From positions 372,001 to 436,000 of the forward strand of contig OZ025674.1 in NCBI GenBank assembly GCA_964019335.1: a stretch of DNA of 64,000 nucleotides. Direction: 5' to 3'. Position 1 is the first letter of the stretch, and each line of letters opens with the position of its first letter. Below are positions 23,875-35,779 of this stretch, piece by piece. Both the position numbers and the translations under genes were made by a program. The notes under the pieces were generated by a model. It was given only the letters and a program-made list of their open reading frames with translations. It searched no databases and was not told the origin of the DNA. This DNA is from Diplonema japonicum. Lineage: Eukaryota; Protista; Euglenozoa: Diplonemea.

Positions 23875-24730
23875 GGGAGAAAAAAATGAAGGGAAAAAAA
23901 AAAAAGAAAAAAAAAAAAAAAAGAACCCATCTCCTTTTTCCGGAATCGGCTTTTTTTTTTTTTTTTTTCACCCTTCAATTTTTTTTTGAAAAAAATATTT
24001 GTTTATATAAATCGTGTGTGAGGGATGGGGGGGGGGGGGTGGAGTTTTTTATTTTTTAACAACTTATCTATCTTTTTTATTTTTTTCATTTTTTTATTTT
24101 TTATTTTTATCATCTAACCATCACGCAATTTATTTTTATTCAAAAAGAAAAAGGCTCACTTTAGAATTTTATTTTCTCAAAACGTTCTTTTTTTTTTTCA
24201 TGCATGACAATATCATTTTTTTTTTCTCCTGTGCTTTTTTATTATTTTTTTTTTAAATAAGCTATGCAGCTTCTACAAGCTCTCTCGGGAGGTCTAGTAC
24301 AATTATACCCATGGGCAGCTCAAACAGGTCTGCAGAAAAACTGTGTAATTTCGCTAGACATTTTGAGCTCGCGGGAAATGATAAAAAAGAAAGGGGAGGT
24401 TTTTACTCTGTAGTGTAACTAGCAGAGGAGCAGAGGTAGTTTGGTGTTAAAAAGAAAGGCCTTCAAGGCCAGTGGAATGACAGAGCAGGAGGGGGGGAAA
24501 CAACGAAACGTACATTTAGAAGGGAAAAAAAAAAAAAAACAAGAAGGAACTAAAAACGTGTTTTTGTTGCCTCTTTTTTTTGGCGTAACCCCCCACTGAT
24601 ATGGGTTTGAAAAGAATATGATTTTTATAAACATGTTCTTTTTCTTTTTTTTCCAACGATTCTAAAGCTACAGTTTCTGTACTTTATTGGGCTGGATATT
24701 GGGTTGGAATTAACAAAATTTCTATCAATC

Positions 24731-27700
24731 ATGGCTGGGGAACCTCCAAGTGGTGGCCCTGGGTCTTCTCCCTCAGGTGGAGAGCAAAAACCCCAGCAGG
24801 GGGCAGCACCTTCGTGGGTGCAGGTAGCGCGGGCGAGACCAGGGAAGGGGAAGGTGGTACGCGCGGTGAGGGTAACGGCAGAGGCGGGATGGCCGAAGAC
24901 ACATGGCAAGCAGCAGCAGGAACGCTGGATGGACGAGGACGAGGACGAAGACGAGAACGCCACCGAGGTGCTGAGAGTGGTATGGAGGCGACCGGCGGCG
25001 GGGGAAGGCTGGGAGCAGGTCAAGGCCGACGCGAGAGAGCACACGAAGAAGGTGCTCGGATCCATGGGGATCGGGACCCGAGGGCTGTCAGACCCGAGGG
25101 GCGAGGGGTGGGACGGCAAGCTCACCAAGATGGACCTCCTGGTCTATCTGTCGGCGAGCGACGCGAAGAAAGCGAAACAGGCCGGGTGCAGAAGGTACCG
25201 GTATGTACATCGAAGAACGAAGGAGGAGGAAGGAGGACGCGCCACCGTTGTGGCTAAAGACGTGGAGCGTGTCGGAGGCACGGAAGGCGGCGGGGCCCGA
25301 GGCAGCCATCATCAGCAACGGGAGGGGGGTCGGGCTGGTGATGGAGGAAGGGGAAGCAAGGACGCACGCGGCAGGCAGGGCACGGGAGGCAGGGCTACTG
25401 GTGGAAGCAGGGGGAGCAAAGAAGACGAAGTACGACCTCCACTGCGTACCGCGCGGAGTAACAGCAGGGCAGGTGCAGGAGGTGATCCGCACGAAGGGGT
25501 GGGAAGGTGCGGAGGTGCTCCGGATGATCCCCAAGAAAGGGAAACAGCTCGCCATTATCCAGGCGGTTGTCCGACCCCCGTTCGGGGAAGTCCAAGTAGG
25601 AGAGAACCAAATGCCCTTGACAGAGGCATGGAAACTCAACTGCTGCGGATGGTGGTGGCAAAAGGGGAGACGCGGAAGGACCCAAACGAGAACAACGACA
25701 CCAAGTACTCCAAGCCGGAGTTCCTCTGTATGGCAAGGACAAAGGCGAGGAGTACTGGGCAGCGGCGGACCCGAAGGCACAGCAGAAGCAGGACCCGAAG
25801 GCTCAACAAAAGCAGGACCCAAAGGCACAACAGAAGAAGGACCCGAAGGCACAGCAGAAGGGGCAGAAGGAACAGAAGCACAAACCGCAGAAGGAGAAGG
25901 GAAAGGAAGAGCAAAAGGAAGAGCAGATGCCGACAGGAATACAACAGCAGATGCAGAAGCTGGAGCAGATCATCAAAGGGCTGCAAGAGGACAACAAGAA
26001 GCTGAGGGAGACACTGAAGAAGCAAGCGCTGAGGCACAGGGAGCTGAGGGAGAAGGTAATCGCAACGAACCCAGCATCTCCAGCATCCCCGACGAAGAGG
26101 CAGAGAAGCGGGACACCTCCGGAGGCTTCACCATCACCGAGGAGGAGGAAGGCACAGGGATCGCCGAAGAAGAACACAGCCGCGTCCCCCACGAAACGGC
26201 CAAGGAGCGTGACACCTCCAGAATCCCGGTCCCCGACACCGATGGAGACGGACGGCACGCCATCCTACAGGCAGCCGACGAAGTCCTCGGAAGGGAAGGG
26301 CATGGATTCCCCCCAATCGCAGGCACAGAAGAAGCAAAAGATGCACACCCATGCGTGGTCGAAGGCGTACAAGGCCACCCAGGGGCAGTGCGCCTCATGC
26401 AAGACGCTGCTGAAGGGAGGGAAGGCAGCGGTGTGCACCCTGGAAACGTGCAGGAGGGAGCAGTGCTGCGCATGCATCGGAAAGGTGCTGAACTGAGGCA
26501 GGGGAAGCGCAGACCGGGGTCAGAGGAGGCGGAGGACTTCGCGAGACTCACGGTTCAGGGAATACAACCAAACCCTGGACCAGCACCCACGTACATGAAC
26601 ATATCGACGGTGAACGTAGCCTCCCTTCGCAACCAACTTGAGGAGGTCACAAAGCTGGACATGGACGTCATATGTACACAGGAGACAGCGCTCACCCTGG
26701 CAGGCCAACAAGAAATAGAACGAGAGCTTGGCAAGGTGAAGCAGAAGAAGAAGTGGAAGCCGATGTGGGGGCCACCGCAGCCGGGGAGGAAGGTCGAGGG
26801 CATCGCATCGAACTGGGTAGCGCAGAGGGGGTGACTCGCAACACTCATCCGAGAACCCAGGACCGCACTACCAGGAACACTGGATACCTCAGACCAACCT
26901 GAGGAGCAAAGCCGGAGGTGGCTGCACACGCAGGTCGCGATCGACGGCAAGCGCAAATGGCTGCACATCATCTCGGTTTACTGCCCGTCGGGAGCAGGGC
27001 GAGAAGAAACGGCAAAGAGGGAGACCCTCCTCCACTACGTCCTGCAGAAGAAGACGAGGGAGCTCGGCAACGTACCCATACTCGTTGTCGGCGACCTGAA
27101 CACTGACGAGGACAGGTCTCCAGAACTGTGCAAGGCGCTGCAGACGGGCTGGACTGATGCAGCGGAGCTATGCGCAAAGATGAGAAGGGGCGAGCAACCA
27201 GAACCAACGTTTGTACGGGAAAACTGCGCCACACGGATAGACAGGATTCTGGCAAACCCAGAGGCGGTGCCGGCCATCACGGACTGCAGCGCATACAAGC
27301 TAGTCAAAGGAACCGACCACAGAACCCTCACAGTCCGACTACAACTCGATAGGTTCAGTCTGCAGGTACAGAGGTACATGCTGCCGAAGGGGCTGGAAGC
27401 AGCAGAGGAGCCGGCAGAAGGTCAGGGCGCAGAGGCTGTTGAAGCGTGTCATTTCCAGCTGCACTTGCGAGAGGGCCGAATCACAGAAGCCTTCGAAACA
27501 CTCTCCCGATGCACAGAAGATCTCCTGATAGGACAACCGGTAGGGACGCCAGGGAGGGCAGCATACGTTGGAAGGGGCAAACACATAAGCACGAAGAACA
27601 AGAATGTGTGTGCACCGACAACAACAGGCTCGATCGGGGCGGCTACAATCATGCAGGCCCGACTGGAGAAGCTGAGGCTCAAGACCCGTTCATTACGAGA

Positions 27701-30199
27701 GCAACTGGAACGGGCAATGGACGAGGGGAGCCTGAGCACGACCACTCTGAACACAATAAGGAATGTGAACAGAGAAGCAGCAGCAGCAGCAGTCCCGACG
27801 GAGCCAATACCGCAGGACACCACGTTCATCGAAGACATGCTGGCAGCAACCCTAGACATGGAGGACGCCGTGGCAGCGCAAGAACGGAGGAAGAGGACCG
27901 AGTCGAACACGACGCGAAGACGGGAATACCTGGCTGAGGTGGCATCGGGAAGAGAAACGGCCAAGCTGGTGACAGTAGCAAGAGGAAAACGCCAGAGCGA
28001 TGGGACCAGGGCAGTCAAGGATGGGAAGTTACTAGTGGCAGACCCTGCGAAGATCGACGCAGTCATGCGCAAAGCCTGGAAGAGCGTCTTCTCGAAGTAC
28101 GAAAACAAGCCGGAACCCCCCTTCGCCCCCTTCAAGGCAAAGTATGGCAAGTTTATACAACGGCATGAGATGACGAAGACGCAGCTCACGGGAGCGAGGC
28201 TGAGAGAGGTACTCGCAAGGAAGAGCAAGAGAAGCGCAGCAGGCATCGACGGGTGGAGGATGCTGGAGCTACGCAAACTACCAGAGTCGGTGTTGGACGC
28301 CTGGGCTCAGCTCTTCCAAGCGATCGAAGCAACCGGGAGATGGCCAGAGGCCGTGAAGACGGCGCTGGTCACACTCGTACCAAAATGCGACGACGCGGGA
28401 CCGCTGGAGCACAGACCCATCACGGTGACATCAGCGGTGTACAGACTTTGGGCATGCACGCGACTGGCAGACATCCTTCTCTGGCAGGAGAAGTGGGTAC
28501 ACGACAAGCAGTACGGATTCCGCACAGGCTTCGGGACAGAGGACGCGCTAATGGACCTCGCCCTGGACATCGAGGAATCTCTACTCGAAGGGAAACCGCT
28601 GGTCGGGGTGGCACTTGACTTTGCGAAGTGTTTCGACAGCGTACCGCAGCAACTAGTGATGGAGCTGGTGGAGGACATGGGCATGGAGACGGGCATTCTA
28701 AGGGCGCTGAAGGGGATGTACGCGGGCATGCGGAGACGTTTCAGGTACGCCACGGGCGTTGGAGAGGAGTTCCACACGACAAATGGAATCCTACAAGGGT
28801 GCCCCATATCTGTGGTACTCATCAACGCGTTACTGGCAGTGCTGATGAAACAGGTGGAGGACGGCACGGGGGGTCCGCTCGTTGTCGTACGCTGACGACG
28901 CGTACCTTCTGGCACAACTCGCGGCAGCACTGCAGAAGGGGGTGGAGGCGGTGGAGGACTTCTGCAAAATGGTTGGCATGAAGCTAAACGTAAAGAAAAC
29001 CAAAACCTTTACGACAGGCGCCAAGGCACCGGAAGTGAAGGTGGACGGTGAAGTGCTGCAGGCAGTGCGGACAGTGGAGGTGCTGGGAGCCAAGCTGCGG
29101 ACGGACGGCCAGCAGCAATACAACAACGACAGGGCCAAGGAAGCGATGAAGACGTTGAGCAGGCTGGGGGCGACCCCGCTGTCCTTCCAGCAGAAGGCGC
29201 GGATCATCAGCTCCACACTGCTGCCAAGCTGCCTGTACGACGCCCCCTTCTCACCGCCAAGGACGGGGATGATGGAACTCCTGGTGATGGAGACGACGTA
29301 CACGCTGTGGGGCCAGAGGTATCGCACGCGGAGCCCCGGCGCAGTACTCTCCGTGACACTACCAGGGCACACACACCACCCGAAGATGACAGCAGCCTAC
29401 AAAGCACTGATGCTCATGTACAGGGCATGCAGGAAGGACGACCAACTGTGGGCACGCTGCACCCGAGGGAAGCGGCCAAGGAGGACAAGGACAGGCTCGA
29501 GAAGACCCAGCGTTACCTGCTGGCTGTGGTGGGGGAACGCGACGCAGCCTTGCAGGCAAAGAGGCAGTAGATCTACCGGACACACCAATGGCTGGAGATC
29601 ACGGAGGGGGAGGCACACCCAGCACCAACAGAGGAGGAGTTCGCGAGGCTGCAGACCGGCAACACCCTGAAGGAGTACACGAAACCGGTGCTGAAATGGC
29701 TCAAGCAGCTGCGCTGGTATGGAGGGAACAGAAGCACGGCAGTGTCGACGGTGGAGCTGGCGCTGGATTTCGAAAACGTGACCCAGAAATCCCTTGGAGG
29801 GAAGCTAGGGGAGTTGGCAGAGGTGCGACAGAAGGCCAGGAGACTGCACACGGTGATGAAGAAGGTGTGGAACACATGGGAACTAGGGAGACTGCAGAAG
29901 AAGGTGAAAGGAAGGAGGGCCTTCCCTGCTGAACCATGCAAGAGAGTACATACGCTGCGATCAATCGGAGGGACGAAGGCGGTGATCGGGTGGAGTAGAA
30001 GAGCAATCTTTGCATCAACGAAGACCAAGTACGACCTGGAGGAGCTGGGGAAGCAATGGGCAAAGGAAAGAAGGGAAAAAGTAGCCAAGCTGGGGAGGAG
30101 GCCGGCACGACCACCGAAGAAGGAGAAACCGCTGCTGAAGGGGGATAGGTGCAGGTAGAGCATGAGAACAAGGGGGCGTCTCACAAAGACTTCCTTTAA
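24731..30199 (+). mobile_element. Near full-length but disabled LINE (lineage B): ORF1 ~24731-26496, ORF2 APE-RT ~26472-30158
   Basis: APE motifs (NVASL, DVICTQET, SVYCP, VGDLN, RIDRIL, TDH) and RT motifs (RPIT, LDFAKCFDSV, GILQGCPIS, YADD). Defects: in-frame TGA 26832-26834, +1 G frameshift near 28870, internal deletion near 29465 and ORF1 frameshifts. The 5' boundary is approximate. Confidence 0.92.
25768..25860 (+). repeat. 24-bp tandem repeat x4 in LINE ORF1 (DPKAQQKQ)
   Basis: GGACCCGAAGGCACAGCAGAAGCA-like units with mostly third-position differences. Confidence 0.8.
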
Positions 30200-30288
30200 C
30201 TCATATATATATATATTTTTTTTTTTTTTATATTTATTTATTCCTGTAAATTTCCCTCGTTCTCCTCCCTTTTTTTTTTTTTTTTTTT

Positions 30289-31756
30289 CGGAGCGACGTA
30301 CGCTGAGCTGTCTGAAGACCTGCTGAAAAGACTTAGGACGGCGGCTGCGAAGGCCTTGTGGGGCCCGCACTTTACGATGAGGAACCCGATTGCCCTACTC
30401 AGCGTAGCGCTACCTGGCCACACAGCCCTACCTGAAGCGAAAGTTTGCTACACCGCGATCAACTGCATCGTGAGAGAGGGGAGAGGGTCGGAGGAGCTAT
30501 GGAGCCGAATCAAGAAGATAGCTCAGATATATGAAGATACGGAGCTACCAGCAGTGGGGCCAGTGGGAACGGCCGTACGCAGGTGGCTACCGCTAGTAGA
30601 GAAGAAGTGGCAGTTCATGGAGGGCCTGTACGAGAAGTCGGCGCACGAGAGGAAGCACCAGGTGAGGGAGGTGCTGAGACCTGCTATCATGAAACAACTC
30701 GTAAGCTGTCGACCAACGTTTGAGGACGCAGAGAAGGGGGCACATCCTCTTACGAACAGCATGTGGAGAAAAACACTGGCCAGACACCCGCTAAGTGCTT
30801 TCAGAACGAGGAGGGTCATCTGTGGAGCGATCTTCACGGTACACCCAAAAGCATGGAGCAAGAAGCTTGATGTGGCAGACAAGCTCACATTTGATGTCTG
30901 CGACCACCAGGCGGAGACGACGGAGCAGATCACAGAGCACGCGCTGTGGGAGTGTGCCCCTGCGAGACAAGCGCAGCAGGAAAGTGTGTACGCGGAGGTC
31001 AAAAGAGAAGGGCTGCCGAAAGCAACGGCGCTACACGGTGTAGTGGTGAGAGGAACGGGAGCGGAAGTGCAGAAACAAGCGCGACTGGTGCAGAGCTACC
31101 TGGTGCGAGTGGTGGCGTTGCGTGACAGTAGAGCAGCGGAGAGGACGGTGCATGCTATAAGACCATATCCTTGGAAAGAGACGACCGGAACAAGATGCCC
31201 GGTACCGACGGAGGAGATGCTTGTTGCGCACGGAGCAACGGGTGAGATACTGAAAAAGCAGTTGAAACATGTGCTACCCTGGCTGCAAGGTCTGAGGTGG
31301 TACCTAGGATCGAAGAAGACGTCAATCACCACGATGGAGCTGGCAATTGATTTTGAGATGACGACCGGTATATCCTTATACGGGGAACATGGGGAGAGCA
31401 GTCTGTTGGAGAGAAAAGCCGCACGTCTGCGGTACATCCTCAATAGAGTGCAAGCATGTGCGGCAAAGGGCAACAAAAGCGGCTTCCCGGCAAGAAGGAT
31501 GACCAGAGTACACTCCCTGAGTACCTGGGCGCACCAGCGATGCATGGCTACGACAAGAGACCCTTGTTCTCGTCAACCCAAACAGCCCCCTATTTGGAGG
31601 GACTGCGACCGATGTTCTTAGCGCAGATGCCGTCCATGACGGACAGGCAAACCCCGACGGCCGGCACCAGGATGCAACCGCAGAATGGTGACAGGCACGT
31701 GTAGGATCCCCCGTCCACGGTGGGCACCAACCAGCGCACCGCAAAAATAGATCGAG
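30289..31756 (+). mobile_element. 5'-truncated LINE (lineage C)
   Basis: Homologous to the post-RT region of lineages A and B (LWG...R, EHALWEC, WLxxLRW, ELAIDF, VHSL). Frameshift near 31520, stop at 31704. Confidence 0.87.
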
Positions 31757-32416
31757 TTTTTTTTTTTTTCCCCATTAATTAAAAAAAATACAAAAATGTT
31801 GTGTCTAAAAAAAAAAAAAAAGAAAAGCCCATCCCTTGGTTTTTGCCTTGACCGAGAGTAAAAAAGAAATAGAAATGGGAAGGGGGGAAAAGAAAATAAA
31901 TGAAATATGGCTCTTTCCGGGTCAGTTTAACAGAAAAGAGAACACCTTTTTTTAATCCGTTTCCCCACGGGGAATCTTTTAAAAGAAGATGAAGGGGGGA
32001 AAAAAAAAAAAATGTGGAAGAAAAAAAGAAAACGGTAAATTCACTCAAGTGAATTTTTAATAGGTTCCCCATTTTGGTATTGCGGTAGAAAAATGCACTT
32101 TAGAACGTGGAATTTTTCGAACCCAGAAAGGAAAAAAAAAAAAAAAAAAAAAAAACGCGGGAAAAAAAAATAAATGTCCGATTTATATTTATTCCCTTGG
32201 GCGTAGCCCTTTTAGAAAGGACTTTTTTTTCCTTTTCCCCCCTTCTGCTGACCCCCCCTCATTTTTTTTTTTTCCCCTGTCTACTTCCCTTTTTTTTCTT
32301 TGTCCTCTCTCCCAATTTTTTTTTTGTACTAATTTTCTTTTCTTCTTTTTCCCCCCCAAACACCAAGACAAACCTCCCAATTTTTTTTATAGGTAAAAAA
32401 AAAAAAAAAAAAAAAA

Positions 32417-32696
32417 ATGGTACACTTAAGCACGACGAGTGTGTTCTTGAAGGGGGGGCCGAGTCTGAATAAAGACCAATTCATCGGTCCGGATGCTGCA
32501 GGTCCAGGAGGGTACGATAATATCCAGTTTCGTACTTGGGAAGCTTTCCGGAACACCCCCTCAATGCAAAACAGTTATACTGATTGGTGTGTGTCAAAAA
32601 AAAAGGGGGGGGAGGAAAAAAAAAAGGCGATCTTCTGTTGTAAATGCACAAACATCTGCTGGTGTCGACAGCTTGAAACACGTTTTACCAAAATGA
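32417..32696 (+). CDS. Candidate 79-aa protein with one 40-nt intron (32587-32626)
   Basis: AG, then a poly(A) leader, then ATG. Removing a GT..A/G-rich..AG block joins two homopolymer-free segments that end at TGA. Confidence 0.45.
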
Positions 32697-33063
32697 AAAA
32701 AAAAAAAAAAAAAGAAAAGAAAATCGTATTGACAATAACAAAACAACACTTACACAGTTTTATTTTATTTGGTTTGCCCACTCAAAATCCAAAATCCACA
32801 GGAGGGAGGGAGGGAGAGGGGTGGGGGGAGGTGGGGGGCGGGTATTTTTAAATTTTTTTTTTTTGGAAGAGGGGGAAAGAAGAAAAAAAGAAGAAAAAAA
32901 AGAAAGGAGAAGAAAACCTCCTTTGCTTTTAATCCTCCCCCCCCCCCCCCCCTTCGTTTAGCAGCGGTTTTTCCCGTCGTCTTACGCCCCTCCTCATTCC
33001 ACCTTTACTGAGAAGATTAAGAAAAAAAAAAAATAAAGAACGAAAAAGAAAAGAAGAAAAAAG

Positions 33064-33427
33064 ATGTCCTTCTCCCTATCTGATTTTCAAGAAAAAATGA
33101 AACCCCGTTTCCGGCAGGAGGGCGGTGGGGGCACGGACCCAGAGTCCCTGCCGCCCAATTCTGTCCGATCTCCTGATCTACGAAGTTTAACTGATATAAA
33201 GCCGCAAATACTTGGGGTGCCAATGTTTGGAGACCAGCATAGAGTCAGGAGGGTTAAGAGCTGGCTCCCAGTTCAAGAGGCCATTCGGCAAAACGGGACC
33301 GTTGGATTGTATGCAAGTAGGCCAAAGGTATTTAATGAGAGAAGAAAATGGGGGGAAATAAATTAATTAAAACATTAAACAGGAGCAATCCCGAAAGGAC
33401 AATAGTATTCCTGGATGCCTTTGGTGA
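33064..33427 (+). CDS. Candidate small protein with a 55-nt intron (33328-33382)
   Basis: A-rich leader, homopolymer-free ORF and AAG|gtattt...aaacag|GAG junction. The 3' end is uncertain. Confidence 0.35.
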
Positions 33428-33809
33428 GGGGAGAAGGGAAAAAAAAAAAAATCTCGTTAAAAAAAAAAAAAAAAGCTTTACTTGTGTGGATCTTGTCGCA
33501 CATAAGCACCAGGGGGGGTTTTTTTTTTTCTTCTTTTTTTTTCTTCTTCTTTTTGTTGTTTTAACAATATTATTGTCGAAACTAAAAACTAGTTGATGGC
33601 AGCGAAATGAGCTATTTTTTTTTTATTAGGTAAAAAAAAAAAATCCCGCTCGTGTGCACAAACAAATCCTCCCTCCGCTCTGAAGCCGGAATTAAAAAGA
33701 AGAAAAAAAAAAAAGAAAATTGTGAAAGACAAAAAGAAAATTGAAAAGCCGAAGGCTCAATGCGAATATGCATTATGCACTTGGTGGGGATGGTTTTTTT
33801 CTTCTTTTT

Positions 33810-33844
<35 letters not shown>

Positions 33845-34312
33845 GAAAGAGGAAAAAAAAAAGCCCATAAAATGAGTTTTTCTCCCTCACATAGCTTTAC
33901 TGCCAAGTTGGAAAACAAAAAACAAAAAAAAAAAGAGAAAATGAAAGGAGAAAAAAATAGAAGAAGAAAGCTAGTTAATATACTTCGAGAACCGAGGGGG
34001 GTTTAAACCTTCAAGACAACAAAAAATAAAGAAAAGAAAAAAAGGTTGGTGTACTCCACTTCTATGCTCCATTTTCTCTCTCTCTCTCTCTTTTTTTTTT
34101 TTTTTTTTTTTCAGTGAGCACCCCCATGCACACTGAAATTTTATCGAGTTTTTTTTTTTTTTTTTTGTTTGATATCCCAAAACCCGAATGAAAGGAAAAA
34201 AAAAAAAAAAAAAAGAAGGAAAAAAAAAGGGGGAGGGGAAAGAAAAAAGAAAAAGAAAAAAAGGGAGGGTGAAACACCGCAAAACTACCTTTTTGTATGA
34301 AATTTTTGTTCA

Positions 34313-34343
<31 letters not shown>

Positions 34344-34349
<6 letters not shown>

Positions 34350-34968
34350 TTAATTCGAGCCGGGTTTTCAAGGGTGGGAGTGAAAATAATATTTCACTTT
34401 ATATCACGCTCAACATTACATTCACTCCCAGCTTATAATTATGTCACTCCTGCACCTATTTTAAGCCAAACTCCCTAGAAACACAGAAAACTATGGGATT
34501 ACACGTCTCGGGGGAGCTAGTCAGTCTGCTCAACCCATCCCAGAATCAAGATTCTGCAGTGGGCCCCCGCATCCACCATACATGCAACCTCAGATGGTTC
34601 CGGCGTAGCGATGCGCAGGATAAGCCTCGACATCAACATTAATGTTAAGACTGACGAGAATTGGTAACTTGAAATCCCTTTGTAGCTTGTAATACCCAAC
34701 CTTTTTTGCTGCCTCTCAGTTTTGATTTCTTCTTGTAACCTGTGCCCTGCACCTGTAACCTCCCACCCTTTCAAACCCGGCTCTTATTAAATAAAACAAC
34801 ATATTAAATGAAAATAAGTGCATTATTTCACTTGTGGTGGCGGGTTTAACTCGAAATTATTACTACACTCGCTTCGCTCGTGAAGTAAGAACCTCTCTCG
34901 TTAAACCCCCTGCCACCACGCGTGAAATAATGCAACATCTTATTTTCATTTAATAAATAGTTATTTTT
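34344..34968. mobile_element. Non-autonomous IR + terminal long-hairpin element, copy B (diverged subfamily)
   Basis: IR pair 34357-34380 / 34760-34783 and hairpin ~34795-34965, homologous to copy A. Confidence 0.75.
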
Positions 34969-35068
34969 TTTTCTACTGCACTTGGCAATACTATGTGCAA
35001 AAAAAAAAAAAAAAAAAAAAAAAAAGAAAAAAAAAGGGAGGAAAAAAAATCCTGCCCCACGACCTGAC

Positions 35069-35101
<33 letters not shown>

Positions 35102-35740
35102 TTGCAAGAACGAGACTTGTCTAAACAAAAAGGGGAACGTTGGCAACGTGTTTCGGGTTGACAAACTTCTCCAGGTTTTACCCGGCACGTACAACGGCCA
35201 GTTCTTCTTTATTTTTTTTATATTGAGTCATTATGTACCCCTGTGGGCACTCGTGCAAATGGTCCCAATTGGCAGATTTTGCGTAGTAGTTTTGCGTTGT
35301 GCAGGGTGCCCCCACCGGCTTCCTTTAAATCATCGAGTTTCTTTTCTTTTCTTTTCTTCCCCCCCCCCCCCCCCTTCTTCAAATCGAGGAGCTAAACACT
35401 GTTTGTTATTCACATAAAATTTCAAAAAAAAAAGAAGAATTTTTTTTCTCGCCTAAAACTTCCTATTTCTAACACCCAACAAACAAAGCTGTGTTCGGAC
35501 TGTGAAAACCATCATGCCGCTCCAGTCTTGGGGCACGGGTACGTGAGGGTGGGGGGAGGGGGGGGGGGGGGAAGAACGCAAAAAGCTTTTCTTATAGTTA
35601 TTCAGAAATAAATCTTAAAAAAAAAAGAAAAAAAGAAAGAAAGCAATGTCAGAAAAGAGAGGGAAAGATTATTCTGTCTCCCCTAGAACAGAATAAAGAC
35701 ATGGGGGTGGAGCCCCTGCATTCAATTCTTAGCAAACACT

Positions 35741-35779
<39 letters not shown>

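Noticed and set aside
25768-25860. CRISPR-like array
   Set aside because: Head-to-tail coding repeats with no unique spacers and no cas genes, in a eukaryotic context.
25203-26496. Functional overlapping ORFs in LINE ORF1
   Set aside because: T-poor, purine-rich sequence leaves several frames open by chance. Frameshifted pieces of one ORF1 explain the pattern.
26832-26834. In-frame TGA in LINE ORF2 as stop-codon reassignment or readthrough
   Set aside because: It falls at a conserved Gly of the APE GG motif (GGA to TGA), the copy has other lesions, and TGA ends normal genes here (2818, 23874).
28860-28900. Programmed frameshift just before YADD
   Set aside because: One extra G in a G run explains it, so decay or a sequencing error is more likely.
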